NCBI GenBank assembly: GCA_021647505.1
Contig: JAKIUN010000001.1
Coordinates: 17,828 to 81,827 of the forward strand
From: Gammaproteobacteria bacterium
Lineage (GTDB): Bacteria > Pseudomonadota > Gammaproteobacteria > SZUA-152
Reading direction: 5' to 3'
DNA length: 64,000 nucleotides
Under the pieces are notes generated by a model. The model saw only the letters and a list, made by a program, of their open reading frames with translations, did no database searches and was not told the DNA's origin. Positions 1 through 10,618 of this stretch are shown piece after piece (the stretch's first letter is position 1; each line of letters begins with the position of its first letter). A program made the translations under genes and the position numbers.

Positions 1-901
1 GGTTGGCGGCACGACGTTCATAAGTTTGTCGGTGGATATACGCGGAGGATTTCTCATTGGGCTCCTTGCGATCCACATTTTGCTGCTTGCCGGCTGACAT
101 GCTGCGAGTAGTCCATGCATAGATCAGGGAATAGAGGATGAAACAGCCTCCGGGAATCAGGGCGGCCCAAAGGACGATGTTGCCGGTCTTCGGGTTCATG
201 TGGGCCGGCGTATACGCCATCAAGGGGTACAGGAGAATGAACAGGGCTAGCAACAAACCGAAATAGACACTCAGGCTCACCAGTGTGCCGCGCAGGATGA
301 CCGCCACCAGTGACAGGGCATTGATGCCGTCGCCGGGGGTGAGATACTTGGCCCCCTGGCGCAGGTAGCGCAGCAATTTGCCTTTGTAGATCTGGTCGAG
401 GCCGGGTGCCGCGCCTGCTGCCTGGGTGTCGTCCGTGTTGGCCTTACGGCGCAGCTCGGGGTTCGAGCCGCATATGGGGTAGGTACCGTAGGGGAAGGTC
501 TGGCGGTCGAGGCCGAAGCGCTTGATGCCGGTGGTGTCTGGGTCGTGTTCCTGTGACAGCAACCAGCTGACGGAGGCACCAATATAGCCACCGCCGGAGA
601 CAGTGGAGAGATAGTCGAAGTTTTTCAGCCAGCCGTTGTGGGCCAAGGCCTGCATCACACCCAGAGAGAAACTCGCGGAGCGGATGCCACCACCGGAGAG
701 GGCAAGGCCGGTGAGCCTAAGCTCGTCGCTACCGCTAGCTTCTTGTTCTGGCAGACCGCGGCGCCGGCGGATGTATTCGAGTTCTTTTTCGATGACTCCC
801 TGTGCGCCAAAGTATTGGATATCCTTGGCATCATATTCGATGTAGCTGTCGGTATCCCCGCCGCTGTTGTCGTTTTCTTTCCCTGAACTATTGTCGGCCA
901 T
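1..901 (-). CDS. Patatin/cPLA2-like phospholipase family membrane protein (3' end runs off the window)
   Basis: Not in the ORF track. Manual translation from ATG 901 gives MADNSSGKEND...LTGLALSGGGIRSASFSLGVMQALA...FDYLSTVSGGGYIG (oxyanion GGGxR and nucleophile-Ser motifs), followed by hydrophobic segments. Confidence 0.85.
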   Translation of the reverse strand, partial: MADNSSGKENDNSGGDTDSYIEYDAKDIQYFGAQGVIEKELEYIRRRRGLPEQEASGSDELRLTGLALSGGGIRSASFSLGVMQALAHNGWLKNFDYLSTVSGGGYIGASVSWLLSQEHDPDTTGIKRFGLDRQTFPYGTYPICGSNPELRRKANTDDTQAAGAAPGLDQIYKGKLLRYLRQGAKYLTPGDGINALSLVAVILRGTLVSLSVYFGLLLALFILLYPLMAYTPAHMNPKTGNIVLWAALIPGGCFILYSLIYAWTTRSMSAGKQQNVDRKEPNEKSSAYIHRQTYERRAAN

Positions 902-1058
902 CCCCTTTCTTCCTCTGTTTTCCCCAATTCATGGCGCGTACAGCCTAGCGATAAATATAGGACGAGGGAAGAAGAAGGAGCAAAGTAGCGGGTGCGGGAC
1001 GTGTATTTAGCGGGTAAATACCGGATAAAAATAGAGGGGCAGAAAAAAGGGGAAGGGG

Positions 1059-1202
1059 CAATGCCATTAAGTTAAGCCTGAGATCCTGCTTGTTGTAGGT
1101 TGGTGGTGAGCCTGCGAACCCCAACGAAGCCAACAATGTTGGGGTTCCTTCGTCACCGCCAACCTACAAAACAGTCGTGATTTTGTTAACTTAATGACAT
1201 TG
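1059..1202. mobile_element. 144-bp MITE with IS4-type TIRs, a 10-bp TSD and an internal REP doublet
   Basis: TIRs CAATGCCATTAAGTTAA / TTAACTTAATGACATTG (16/17 match); perfect direct repeat GGGGAAGGGG at 1049-1058 and 1203-1212; internal TGTAGGTTGG...CCAACCTACA. Confidence 0.85.
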
Positions 1203-1252
1203 GGGGAAGGGGCATTTTCCCGTCCCCCCTGTCGTTGATCTCATTGCTTCGT

Positions 1253-1714
1253 CTAATTGATGACCGAGGCGCTGGAGGCGAAGAGAATCATGTCAAAGGT
1301 GCGGTGCAGGCTCTTGCTATCGTAGTTGTGCATCACCGCAGCCTCGCCCCATTGCACCTTGTCGTTGGGTTGCGCGCGCATCATGGTGACGGCAACCCAC
1401 AACGGTTTGTCACTACCGACATCGACCTTCATGTAGGTGTAGCCGGAAGCATGCATCAGTTCCAGCACGGTACCCTGCCTGGGCATTTTCGCGGCTTCGG
1501 CCAGCGCCTGCTGTTGGGCGAGGCTCAGTGGCTGACCTGCGGGTGCGGCGGACTGCGGGGCGGGTGTCTGTTGGGCCGGCGCTTGTTGAGCCGGCGCCTG
1601 TTGGGCCGGCGCGGCGGCGGGATCCTCAGCCTCTGATTTGGCGTCGTCGGAATCGGAGCAGGCGGCCAGGGCCAGCAGAGCGGCGCTGAACGCCAGGGCG
1701 GAAATACGTTTCAT
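1253..1714 (-). CDS. Lipoprotein with Ala/Gln/Pro linker and NrfJ-like OB-fold domain
   Basis: Lipobox LAAC; PAQQA repeats; GTVLELMHASGYTYMKV...LWVAV. Confidence 0.65.
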   Translation of the reverse strand: MKRISALAFSAALLALAACSDSDDAKSEAEDPAAAPAQQAPAQQAPAQQTPAPQSAAPAGQPLSLAQQQALAEAAKMPRQGTVLELMHASGYTYMKVDVGSDKPLWVAVTMMRAQPNDKVQWGEAAVMHNYDSKSLHRTFDMILFASSASVIN

Positions 1715-1807
1715 TGGAATTGTCCCTTGAAAATTTGCCCAATACTCTAGCACAGACAGGGGATTTTCGGCTATCGGGGAGCAACCCGCAGGGCAAGGCC
1801 GTTTTCC

Positions 1808-2653
1808 CTAACCCAACAGGCGCAAAGACAGATCCACGGCCTGCACATCCTTGGTGATGGCGCCGACAGAGATATAGTCAACGCCAGTCCCGGCAATAGC
1901 ACGGAGGGTGTCGAGATTGACGTTGCCTGAGGCCTCCAGCCTGCTGCGCCCGGCGGTGAGCACCACCGCCTCACGCATCATGGCGAGATCCATGTTGTCG
2001 AGCATCACGGTATCAGCACCGGCGTCCAGCGCCTGTTGCAACTCCATGAGATTTTCCACTTCCACTTCCACCGGCTTGCCGGGGGCGATTTCCCGCGCCC
2101 GGCTCACAGCCTGTGCGATGCCACCCGCGGCGAGGATGTGGTTTTCCTTGATCAGGAAGGCATCGAACAGGCCCATGCGGTGATTCCGTGCACCGCCGCA
2201 AGCAGTAGCGTACTTTTGTGCCGAACGCAGGCCGGGCAGGGTCTTACGGGTGTCGAGCAGACGCGCGCCGGTGTTGACGATGGCGTCGACGTAGCGACGG
2301 GTCTGGGTGGCGGTAGCACTGAGGGTTTGCAGAAAATTGAGCGCAGCGCGCTCACCGCTGAGCAAGCTGCGGGCCGGGCCACGCAGTTGGCACAGGGTCT
2401 GGTTTGGGCGCAGGCGTTCGCCGTCGCGGGCCTGCCAAATCACTTGCACACGGCGGTCGAGCTGGCGGAATACCGCGTCGAACCAAGCCGTACCGCAAAG
2501 TACGGCGGCTTCGCGGACGATAACCCGACCATGGGCCTCTGCGTCCGCCGGAATCAAGCATGCGGTGATATCGCCACCGCCAATGTCTTCGGTCAGGGCG
2601 TGGCGCACTACGGCGTCGATGTCGGCAGGCAGGGTGGGAAGCGATGCTGGCAT
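1808..2653 (-). CDS. nadC: Quinolinate phosphoribosyltransferase
   Basis: [41 protein letters not shown]. Confidence 0.97.
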   Translation of the reverse strand: MPASLPTLPADIDAVVRHALTEDIGGGDITACLIPADAEAHGRVIVREAAVLCGTAWFDAVFRQLDRRVQVIWQARDGERLRPNQTLCQLRGPARSLLSGERAALNFLQTLSATATQTRRYVDAIVNTGARLLDTRKTLPGLRSAQKYATACGGARNHRMGLFDAFLIKENHILAAGGIAQAVSRAREIAPGKPVEVEVENLMELQQALDAGADTVMLDNMDLAMMREAVVLTAGRSRLEASGNVNLDTLRAIAGTGVDYISVGAITKDVQAVDLSLRLLG

Positions 2654-3088
2654 GCGTTTTTGTGTCCGTTGATGACAGGATTACAGGCGGCGTCATTAGC
2701 TGCTGCGCGGCTGATACTAAAGATTTGCTCCCGGTCGGACAAGTGCGCCAATAAGACTTCGCATTAAACTTGACAGCGATATTTATCTGTAATTCAACCA
2801 GGCCGAATGGCTTTTAGATATGGACTCTACGGACGGAAAAAGATTAAATATTGTACAGATTCCGCCGATAGATAGGTGGGTAATACATACCAGCCCTAAT
2901 GCACAGACCCGGGCGTACGATTTTCCCGCATTCGGTTCCTCAGTTGCACTCACTATCATGCAAGACAAAAAATCAGAGCGGTATACATAACCACCAGCTT
3001 TTGCTAGTGGCTATGTAGTTTGTTGATGTATTCTTGCTGTGGAATTTTTAATTTAGCGTAAAAATTCTAAGCATGGCAAAGAAAAATG

Positions 3089-3472
3089 TTATCTCATTAA
3101 AGCCTTTTCAGGAGCGCGAGGTAATTGCTTATTTACAGAAGAACACTTCGTTATATTATTGCAGCTCTTTTCACTACCAAGAAGAAGCGTGCATTCTCCA
3201 GTAACATCATCTTCGCCCATGCAAAAGAAAACCTCTTCTGATGAAGGATTAATAGAAGAGACTGAGCCTTTTATGCACGGATTTAAATTTTCACAGCTTT
3301 CTTCTGTTCCAAGATACAGCGTGCATCGATCAAACTGGTTCATTCCAAAACACCAGACAGGTGAACTACCATTATGAATTTGAATAGATGAAGCCGCAGA
3401 TGCCACGTTAACTGCCAGCATTAAAAACACCACCAAGCCGAACTGAACTTTAAATTTATTAATTTTTTTCAT
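3089..3472 (-). CDS. Secreted Cys-rich hypothetical protein with two internal 4-Cys repeats
   Basis: Signal peptide MKKINKF...ASAAS; two C-x8/9-C-x9-C-x5-C units; AT-rich DNA. Confidence 0.7.
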   Translation of the reverse strand: MKKINKFKVQFGLVVFLMLAVNVASAASSIQIHNGSSPVWCFGMNQFDRCTLYLGTEESCENLNPCIKGSVSSINPSSEEVFFCMGEDDVTGECTLLLGSEKSCNNITKCSSVNKQLPRAPEKALMR

Positions 3473-4057
3473 CTTAATTACCCTATAATTAAAGTTAAAT
3501 TTATGCTTGACAACTGACAAAATATTTCGCCGCAGAAAAAATAATTGAACTGCATCAGCCATCAGCGCGTAAAGAATATAGCTAGAAATAAAACTATTCT
3601 GTGAATTTTTGGCAAAAATTTTATGCAGTATCCACATTCAATGTTATTGAATAAATAGTAACCACCTTCAAGAAGTCAGAGAACCCTCTTTTTTCTTGAA
3701 AAGCGAGAAGGGAGTGGCACACACCATGATTCATCGAACAAGCAACAACCTACATTTACAGCCTTCTATTCCGTACTATTTATAGGTCATGGTGCGGTAA
3801 ATCAGTTCATACACAAGCAACTGCTACGCAGGAACTGGCCAGCCCCAAAAAAACCGGAAGAAAATACTGGGAATTTGCAGTATATACGCGCAATGAAACA
3901 CCATGGTGGCCACACTTAAGGGCAGGTTATGCCCCTGTTGCACGATGTGCAGAACCACAATAATGCCGTGACTTGCGAGCATACAAGTGTTAGAGTTTTT
4001 GTGGATTTCTCAAGAAAAAATTAACTTTTATCAAGCTCGGATTTAAGGGGAAAAATT

Positions 4058-4486
4058 ATGGCGCATTTATTAAAGACACTGTTGATTCTGCCACTTTTGC
4101 TGATTTCAAGTGCACAGGCTGACGAGTCGCAACAAAGAGCGCCATCACCTGAGGGTGCCAGGCTGTATATCATTTCCCCGGCCGATGGTGAAACCGTCAG
4201 CAAAATGGTCACGGTAAAGTTTGGCTTGCAGGGCATGGGAGTGTCGCCTGCGGGCCTGGATAAGGCGGCAACCGGTCATCATCATTTGATCATTGACGGA
4301 GAAAAGCTGCCTGATTTGAACAAGCCTCTGGGTAATGAGGTAATCCATTTTGGTGGTGGCCAAACTGAAAAGACCATTGAGCTAACTGAAGGCAAGCATA
4401 CGCTGCAATTGATTTTGGGCGACTATCGTCATATCCCCCACAACCCGCCAGTGATATCAGAAAAAATAACCATTTTTGTTAAGTGA
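4058..4486 (+). CDS. DUF4399-domain periplasmic protein
   Basis: Signal peptide; IISPADG, FGLQGMGVSPAG, TGHHHLIID, HFGGGQTE, GKHTLQLILGD. Confidence 0.85.
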   Translation: MAHLLKTLLILPLLLISSAQADESQQRAPSPEGARLYIISPADGETVSKMVTVKFGLQGMGVSPAGLDKAATGHHHLIIDGEKLPDLNKPLGNEVIHFGGGQTEKTIELTEGKHTLQLILGDYRHIPHNPPVISEKITIFVK

Positions 4487-4609
4487 TAAAAATGTATACC
4501 TAACAAAGCCGTGGATATAAAGCCAGGCTTAAAGAGTGGTTTTTTCTGGTGTGCTCACTCACGCTCTAGCAATTTACCTCGCTGTGGCTGAGCATGCCGC
4601 CAACGCCCC

Positions 4610-5200
4610 TCAATCAAAACCGATGACCACCCGGATCCGACCGTCTTCAACGCGCATGGATTTCATGTTGCTCATGGACAGCGAGTGATTGATATCTTGT
4701 TCTCGCACTTGGTGAATACGCACCAAGGGCAGCGTTTTTATCAATATATCGGACAGGCTGGCGCGAAATGTCTTTCGGGACTCGTCGGTGATATCTTTCA
4801 TGGTGAAGCCGCGAATTTTTGGGTTCGCCAAAAACAGTTCGCCGGTCGAGGGTTTGTAGTGCAAACCAACGTCGGCGACTACCCGCCCCCGCTTCCGGCC
4901 TTCGCCCGGAATGCTGGCGAGCAGCGGAATGTCCAACTGCAATTTGTCCGCATCTTGTCTCAGTATGACCATAGGCTCGGATAGCGTCAGCCGTGCCGCT
5001 GCGCGATATTCATGCAACGGAAAATACATAAGCAAGGCGCTTTGTATACGTGCGCTGTCGACAGTAAAGAAATAGGCGGCAAAGGCCTTTGCCGGAAGCA
5101 GCAATGCCAGGCAGATGAGCAAGCGGCAAATGAAGCGGAATTTCTCTAGTGTCATATCATGGGAAACCGGAAATAGCCCCGAAGCATAACACCAATTCAT
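4610..5200 (-). CDS. DUF1439 (YceB-like) protein
   Basis: Signal-like N-terminus, FPL motif, beta-rich body; overlaps the recD stop; the start may be further downstream (MTLEKF). Confidence 0.6.
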   Translation of the reverse strand: MNWCYASGLFPVSHDMTLEKFRFICRLLICLALLLPAKAFAAYFFTVDSARIQSALLMYFPLHEYRAAARLTLSEPMVILRQDADKLQLDIPLLASIPGEGRKRGRVVADVGLHYKPSTGELFLANPKIRGFTMKDITDESRKTFRASLSDILIKTLPLVRIHQVREQDINHSLSMSNMKSMRVEDGRIRVVIGFD

Positions 5201-7035
5201 GCCTGCGGATTGTCTGTCCAGCCGAGTTTTGACGCCAGTCCTGAGCTGCGCCGTATGCGCTCACGGCAGCCCTGTAGCAGGGCCGGCGCACTAGCGCTGA
5301 CGTGCAGTTGACGACGGGCGCGAGTGATGCCGGTATAGATGAGCTCGCGGCTGAGCAAGAGATTCGCCGCCTCAGAAGGCAGCACCAGAAGCACCCGCTC
5401 GAATTCCGAGCCTTGCGACTTGTGCACCGTCAGCCCCCAGGCGGAAACATACTTGGGCAGACTGCGCAGTGGTATGTCGCGCAACTGTCCGTCCGCGACG
5501 CGGAACCAGGCGCGCAGATCACCCCGGACATCCCGCCACAACAGACCGATATCACCGTTGTATAATCCCACTTCGTAATCATTCACGGTGACCATCACTG
5601 GCTTGCCGTGGCATTCCTCGCCTGCCTCGATCAGGCCCCGTGCATGCAGGCGTTCGCCGATGATGCGGTTCACTTCGTCAACACCGAACGGGCCATTGCG
5701 CAGGGCGCACAGCACGCGGATTTGCTCGAAGGCGTCCAGTGCTGCACCGATCTCATCACAGTGCAGATAGACGGCGTATTGCGTCACCGCCCACTCCAGG
5801 GCATCAGCGGAGATAGTCCGTTCATTATTTTCGTGCCAGAGCAACTGTCCTGATGGATCATCGCGCAACAAGGCCAGCGCTGCCCCGCCCTCCCCTGCGT
5901 TGACCCACTGCGCCAGCTGGCCGATGCCACTATCGGCGGCAAAGCGGTAACTGGTTCGCAGCAGGCCGATGGCATCGGCGATAGACGGTGCCGCGTCACT
6001 TACCGGCAGTGCCACCACGGGCGTGTCCGTGTGCAGGGCGAGGAATTGCACCTGGGCAGTGGAATAGCAGATGGGCTGACCGTGGCCGGTGATGTCGCCC
6101 AGTACATTACCTGCCTCCACTGAGGCCAGCTGGTCGCGGTCGCCGAGCAGGATGATGCGTGCATGATCCGGCAGTGCCGTCAGCAGCCGCGCCATCATGG
6201 GCAAGTCGATCATCGATGCCTCGTCCACCACCAGGCAATCCAGCACCAGCGGATTACGGCGATGGTGGGCAAAGTGACGGCCGTTGAAACCGAGCAGGCG
6301 GTGCAGAGTGGTGGCCTGGTCGGGGATGCGCGCGCGCAACTCATCGGCGATATTGATACCGGCCTTGCGCTGGCGTATGGCGTCCACCATACGTGCAGCG
6401 GCCTTGCCCGTCGGCGCGGCGAGGCGAACATGCATCTCCGGGTGCTGTTCCAGCAGCAGTGCCAGCACCTTGACGACGGTAGTGGTCTTGCCGGTGCCGG
6501 GGCCGCCGGAAATCACCGCGAAGCGCTGCGACACGGCCAGTGCTGAGGCGATCTTTTGCCAGTCCGGGCCGCTATCGCTGACAGGGAACAGGCGCGCCAG
6601 TCCACTGGCCAGGCGCACCTCATCCAACACTGGCGGCGACGCCAGGCGGGCAGAGATCGACGCCAGCACCTGCTGCTCAAACTGCCACAGGCGATGCAGG
6701 TAGAGCCGTTCACCCTCGAGAATCAATGGGGCAAACTCACCGGGCCGGCCCACCGCCGCATCGGCCGCCAGTTCACGCAGCCACTGTGTCAACTCGGGTG
6801 CGCGCGACGGCGTCATGGACGGATCCGCATCACCAGCGAACAGTGGTGCGCCGGCATAGCGACGCAGATCCACGCACACGTCGCCCTGCTGGTTACGCTC
6901 ACTTACCAGCACCGCGCTCAGCACCAGGGTATCGTCCTCGTTGCGCTGGTATTTGTCGGCCAGGAAACGAGCGAAAAAATAGGCCAGCGGGCTCAGACTA
7001 CCGGCCTGCATCACGGCATATAGGCGGCTATTCAA
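5197..7035 (-). CDS. recD: Exodeoxyribonuclease V alpha subunit
   Basis: ISGGPGTGKTT, VVDEASM, LGDRDQLASVEAG, TVHKSQGSEF, YTGITRAR. Confidence 0.97.
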   Translation of the reverse strand: MNSRLYAVMQAGSLSPLAYFFARFLADKYQRNEDDTLVLSAVLVSERNQQGDVCVDLRRYAGAPLFAGDADPSMTPSRAPELTQWLRELAADAAVGRPGEFAPLILEGERLYLHRLWQFEQQVLASISARLASPPVLDEVRLASGLARLFPVSDSGPDWQKIASALAVSQRFAVISGGPGTGKTTTVVKVLALLLEQHPEMHVRLAAPTGKAAARMVDAIRQRKAGINIADELRARIPDQATTLHRLLGFNGRHFAHHRRNPLVLDCLVVDEASMIDLPMMARLLTALPDHARIILLGDRDQLASVEAGNVLGDITGHGQPICYSTAQVQFLALHTDTPVVALPVSDAAPSIADAIGLLRTSYRFAADSGIGQLAQWVNAGEGGAALALLRDDPSGQLLWHENNERTISADALEWAVTQYAVYLHCDEIGAALDAFEQIRVLCALRNGPFGVDEVNRIIGERLHARGLIEAGEECHGKPVMVTVNDYEVGLYNGDIGLLWRDVRGDLRAWFRVADGQLRDIPLRSLPKYVSAWGLTVHKSQGSEFERVLLVLPSEAANLLLSRELIYTGITRARRQLHVSASAPALLQGCRERIRRSSGLASKLGWTDNPQA

Positions 7036-10000
7036 AGTTAGCCTCCGGTGCGAACAGCTGCCGATCCAGCCAGTCGATCAAGGCTTGGTCCGGCAGATCA
7101 AAATGGATACCGAAGCACGGCCCGCTGGCGGGCCGCATGCCGCGCAGGAACAGATAATAGACGCCACCGAAGTGCGTACCGTAATCGTAGTCGGCGAGAC
7201 GCTGGCGCAGATAGCGATGCAGGGCCAGGGCGTACAACAGGTATTGCAGATCATAGCGGCGATCCAGCACCGCCTGGCGCAGCTTGGCCGGCGTGTAATC
7301 GTCCAGTGCACCGCCGAGGAAATTGCTCTTGTAGTCGGCAATATAAAATCGGCCATCGTGCTCAAAGATGAGATCAATGATGCCGGTGATCATGCCACGG
7401 AAGTCGTCAATTTCGATAGGCGCAAGGGGCTGGTTCGCCACCGCTTGTAAGCGCGTATTGAGGGCCGCAATGTCAACCCCGCCGATGGCGAAATCGAATA
7501 CCAGTTCGTTGAGCCGCCGGCCGTTAGCGAGCTGCCGCAGACACAGGCCCCGGGTATCCAGCGGCGTATCGACAACATCGCGCATCCATTGTTGCAGGGT
7601 GTCGTGGTGGCGTTCGGGGTCGAGACCGAAACGCGGCGCCAGCTGTTTCGTCAGAGTCGCCACCTGCGTCTCCACATCGGCCTGAAAATCCAGCCGCTCC
7701 AGCAACAGATGCAGGAAGGAGCCCACGTGACTACCTGCGGGGAAATTCAATACCGGATCCTCGCCGCGCGGGCTGCCGCCACGGTGGATCTGATGGATGT
7801 CACGGGTCAGGGCGGTGAAGCTGGCCACGCGCCAGTCACTGGCAATGGCGCCCTCAAAGCTGGCCGGGGCCAGTGGCGGCGGCGGTGTCTGCGACAACAC
7901 TGCGCTGCCGTCCACCGAGGCCTGCGGCAGGTCGCACAGTTCTATGCAGGGTGTAATATCGGCCAGCCTTGTCAGGTCGGCATCCAGATCCGCGCCGGTG
8001 CCGAAGGCATCGGGCAGGCCGTGGGTCAGATCGTCGGGCGTTTGCGCGGGATGCAGCAGATAGCCCAGTGCCGTCGAGCCGGAGTCACATTTCCGGTTAC
8101 CCCCGGTGGCCACATGCCCCCAGGCCAGATAGACCTTGGCTTGGGCACGCGTCAGCGCCACATAGGCCAGGCGGATGTCCTCGGCGAGGCGCTCTTTTTC
8201 TGCCAGCCGTAGTTGTAGGGAATCTGCGTGCACTGCAGCATCGAGAAAGGCACGCTTCTGTTCGTCATGGAAAGCGACCAGCTCGCCCCGAAATTTCGGG
8301 GCACGACAGGCCCACAGGAAGGGCAGAAACACCAGCGGATACTCCAGTCCCTTGCTCTTGTGAATGGTGACGATGTTGACCAACGCCTCGTCACTCTCCA
8401 GGCGCAGCTCGGCCTCTTCGTCGGCGTTATCGCGCATCTGCTGCCGGTACCAGCTGAGCAGGGCATCCATGCCCGGATGGGTCTTGGAGGCCGCCTGCAA
8501 CAGTTCGCCCAGGTGCAGCAGGTTGGTGAGGCGGCGTTCGGCGTTGTCCAGTGCGGCGATGTTGCGGCCGATGTTCAAATGCTGCAACAAGGCCTGAAAC
8601 ATGCTCATGAAACCACGCTGCCGCCACAGGCGATTGAGTTCGCGCAGCTCGTCCACCCAAGTCAGCCAGCGCGCCTCGTCGAAGGCGGTCTGCGCCATGT
8701 CATTGTAGCTCAGGCCGAGCAGGTCGCTGGCCAGGGCATTGCGCGCATGGCTGCGGTCGTTGCACTGGATCACCGCCTGCAGTAACAGCTCAAGCCCCGT
8801 CGCCTCGGTGCTTTCAAAGACCTTGTCGCGGCCCACGCTGACGGCAGCGATGCCGTGCAGCTGCAGTGCCTTGCGCACATCGGTGGCTTCGTAATTGTTG
8901 CGCACCAGCACGGCAATATCACCCGGCCGCAGCGGGCGATCACCCAGCGTCACCTCACCGTGCGCGGCCAGACTCAGCAGGCGGGCGATCTCCGCCGCAG
9001 TGGTCGCCACCAGGTCGGACTGCGCCTGCGTCTTGCTCGGCGGCTTACCCTTTTCGTCAGGCGGGATGCGCCACAGAGTAAGCGGCGCGACGGCCTGCCC
9101 ACCCTCGGCCAGCAGTCGGTGCGAAGCACCCTTCTCTGCCTCGGTGGCCGCGCGTACCGGCTGGTAATCGATGGCCTCACTGTAGACGAAGGGATCGGCG
9201 CGGAAGGTGAATACGGCGTTCACCGCCTCGATGAGGCCTGGCACCGAACGCCAATTGGTGTCGAGGCTGTAACGGCTGTCGACGGCATCGGCCTTGGCGC
9301 GCATATAGGTGAAAATGTCGCCACCGCGAAAGCTGTAGATGGCCTGTTTGGGATCGCCAATCATGGTGAGCCCACAGTCTGGCTGATCGGAATAGAGGCG
9401 ACGAAAGATGCCGTACTGCAGGGCGTCCGTGTCCTGGAATTCATCGATCATGGCGGCGGGGAAGCGCTGGCGCAGACTCTCTGCCAGCGCCGGGCCCTGC
9501 GGGCCGTCGAGGGCCTCGTGCAGCAGGGTGAGCAGGTCGTTGAAGGCCATGCTCTGGTTCTGCTGTTTGGTCTGGCGCACCTGTTGTTTGGCGAAGGCCG
9601 TGGACTCGGCAAGGGCGGTGCTGCGCAGTTGCTCGCTGATCTTCTGCCGCTTGTCCAGCACCTGTTGGCAGGCAACAAAGAAGGGGGCTTGCAGCAACGG
9701 ATCCTTGCCAAGCTGCGAAGGTTTTGTATTTTTCTCCAGCGTGGCCGCTGCCAGCATCTTGAATTCATCGGGCAAGGTCTGCAACTCGTCGGAGGCGAAC
9801 CAGTCATCCAGGATTTCAAATTTGGCTGGCAGATTCTCCTCTTTGTAGAAACCTTTTTTCTCACGCTTCAGCGCCTTCGAGGTAAGCAGGATCTCTTGCA
9901 GCTCTGCACCACGCTGTTGCCATTCACTGGCAATGTTACGCATTTCATCTACCAGCGCACGCCATGCCGCAAAGCAGGCCGGCAGCCCACCATCGACCTG

Positions 10001-10618
10001 CGGCAGCAGGGTCTTTTCAAAGGCCTGCCGCAGCGGTTGTTGCAGCCTGATGAAAGCATCCAGGGTGCCCACGGCATCCGTGAGCAGGGTCACGTCCTGC
10101 GGATCGAGTTCGTAGGCGCTGCGCCGCCACCAGTCCTTGAGGGCCGTGATCCACAGCTCGCTGTCGTCGCTGCTCAGATTCACGTCGAAAGACTGGCCGC
10201 TGTTGAAGGCGTGATCGGTGAGGGCGCGCTGGCAGAAACCATGAATGGTGTAGATGGCCGCCTCGTCCATGCTGCGCACGGCCAGCTTGAGGCGCTCGAT
10301 GGCGGCCTGTTGCCCGCTCTCTTCGGCAAGCCGTTGCCGCAGTGCATCGAGGAATGGATCACCACCTGACGGCGGGTCTTGCAGCAACTGCAGGGTCTGA
10401 TACAGACGCGCGCGGATGCGCCCACGCAGCTCTTCGGTAGCGGCATTGGTGAAGGTGACGACGAGGATCTCGCCGACGCCGTAACCGGCCAGCACATGGC
10501 GCAGGTAAAGATTGCCGATGGTGTAGGTCTTGCCGGTGCCGGCGCTGGCCTCGATCAGCTTGATGCCGGTCAGCGGCAGGGCGAGGGTGGTCTGCGGATC
10601 GAGGACGATGGGGTTCAC
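7028..10618 (-). CDS. recB: Exodeoxyribonuclease V beta subunit
   Basis: IEASAGTGKTYT, DEFQDTD, GDPKQAIYSFRG, TIHKSKGLEY; C-terminal nuclease GIIDL...ADYKSN...YDLQYLLY. Confidence 0.97.
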   Translation of the reverse strand: MNPIVLDPQTTLALPLTGIKLIEASAGTGKTYTIGNLYLRHVLAGYGVGEILVVTFTNAATEELRGRIRARLYQTLQLLQDPPSGGDPFLDALRQRLAEESGQQAAIERLKLAVRSMDEAAIYTIHGFCQRALTDHAFNSGQSFDVNLSSDDSELWITALKDWWRRSAYELDPQDVTLLTDAVGTLDAFIRLQQPLRQAFEKTLLPQVDGGLPACFAAWRALVDEMRNIASEWQQRGAELQEILLTSKALKREKKGFYKEENLPAKFEILDDWFASDELQTLPDEFKMLAAATLEKNTKPSQLGKDPLLQAPFFVACQQVLDKRQKISEQLRSTALAESTAFAKQQVRQTKQQNQSMAFNDLLTLLHEALDGPQGPALAESLRQRFPAAMIDEFQDTDALQYGIFRRLYSDQPDCGLTMIGDPKQAIYSFRGGDIFTYMRAKADAVDSRYSLDTNWRSVPGLIEAVNAVFTFRADPFVYSEAIDYQPVRAATEAEKGASHRLLAEGGQAVAPLTLWRIPPDEKGKPPSKTQAQSDLVATTAAEIARLLSLAAHGEVTLGDRPLRPGDIAVLVRNNYEATDVRKALQLHGIAAVSVGRDKVFESTEATGLELLLQAVIQCNDRSHARNALASDLLGLSYNDMAQTAFDEARWLTWVDELRELNRLWRQRGFMSMFQALLQHLNIGRNIAALDNAERRLTNLLHLGELLQAASKTHPGMDALLSWYRQQMRDNADEEAELRLESDEALVNIVTIHKSKGLEYPLVFLPFLWACRAPKFRGELVAFHDEQKRAFLDAAVHADSLQLRLAEKERLAEDIRLAYVALTRAQAKVYLAWGHVATGGNRKCDSGSTALGYLLHPAQTPDDLTHGLPDAFGTGADLDADLTRLADITPCIELCDLPQASVDGSAVLSQTPPPPLAPASFEGAIASDWRVASFTALTRDIHQIHRGGSPRGEDPVLNFPAGSHVGSFLHLLLERLDFQADVETQVATLTKQLAPRFGLDPERHHDTLQQWMRDVVDTPLDTRGLCLRQLANGRRLNELVFDFAIGGVDIAALNTRLQAVANQPLAPIEIDDFRGMITGIIDLIFEHDGRFYIADYKSNFLGGALDDYTPAKLRQAVLDRRYDLQYLLYALALHRYLRQRLADYDYGTHFGGVYYLFLRGMRPASGPCFGIHFDLPDQALIDWLDRQLFAPEANFE

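Noticed and set aside
655-927. ORF-track proteins in 277-927
   Set aside because: Wrong frames; the real gene is the patatin-like CDS starting at 901
8855-10369. Long antisense ORFs (also 29448-30872, 16665-17816, 58972-60024)
   Set aside because: Shadow frames of well-supported genes in GC-rich DNA
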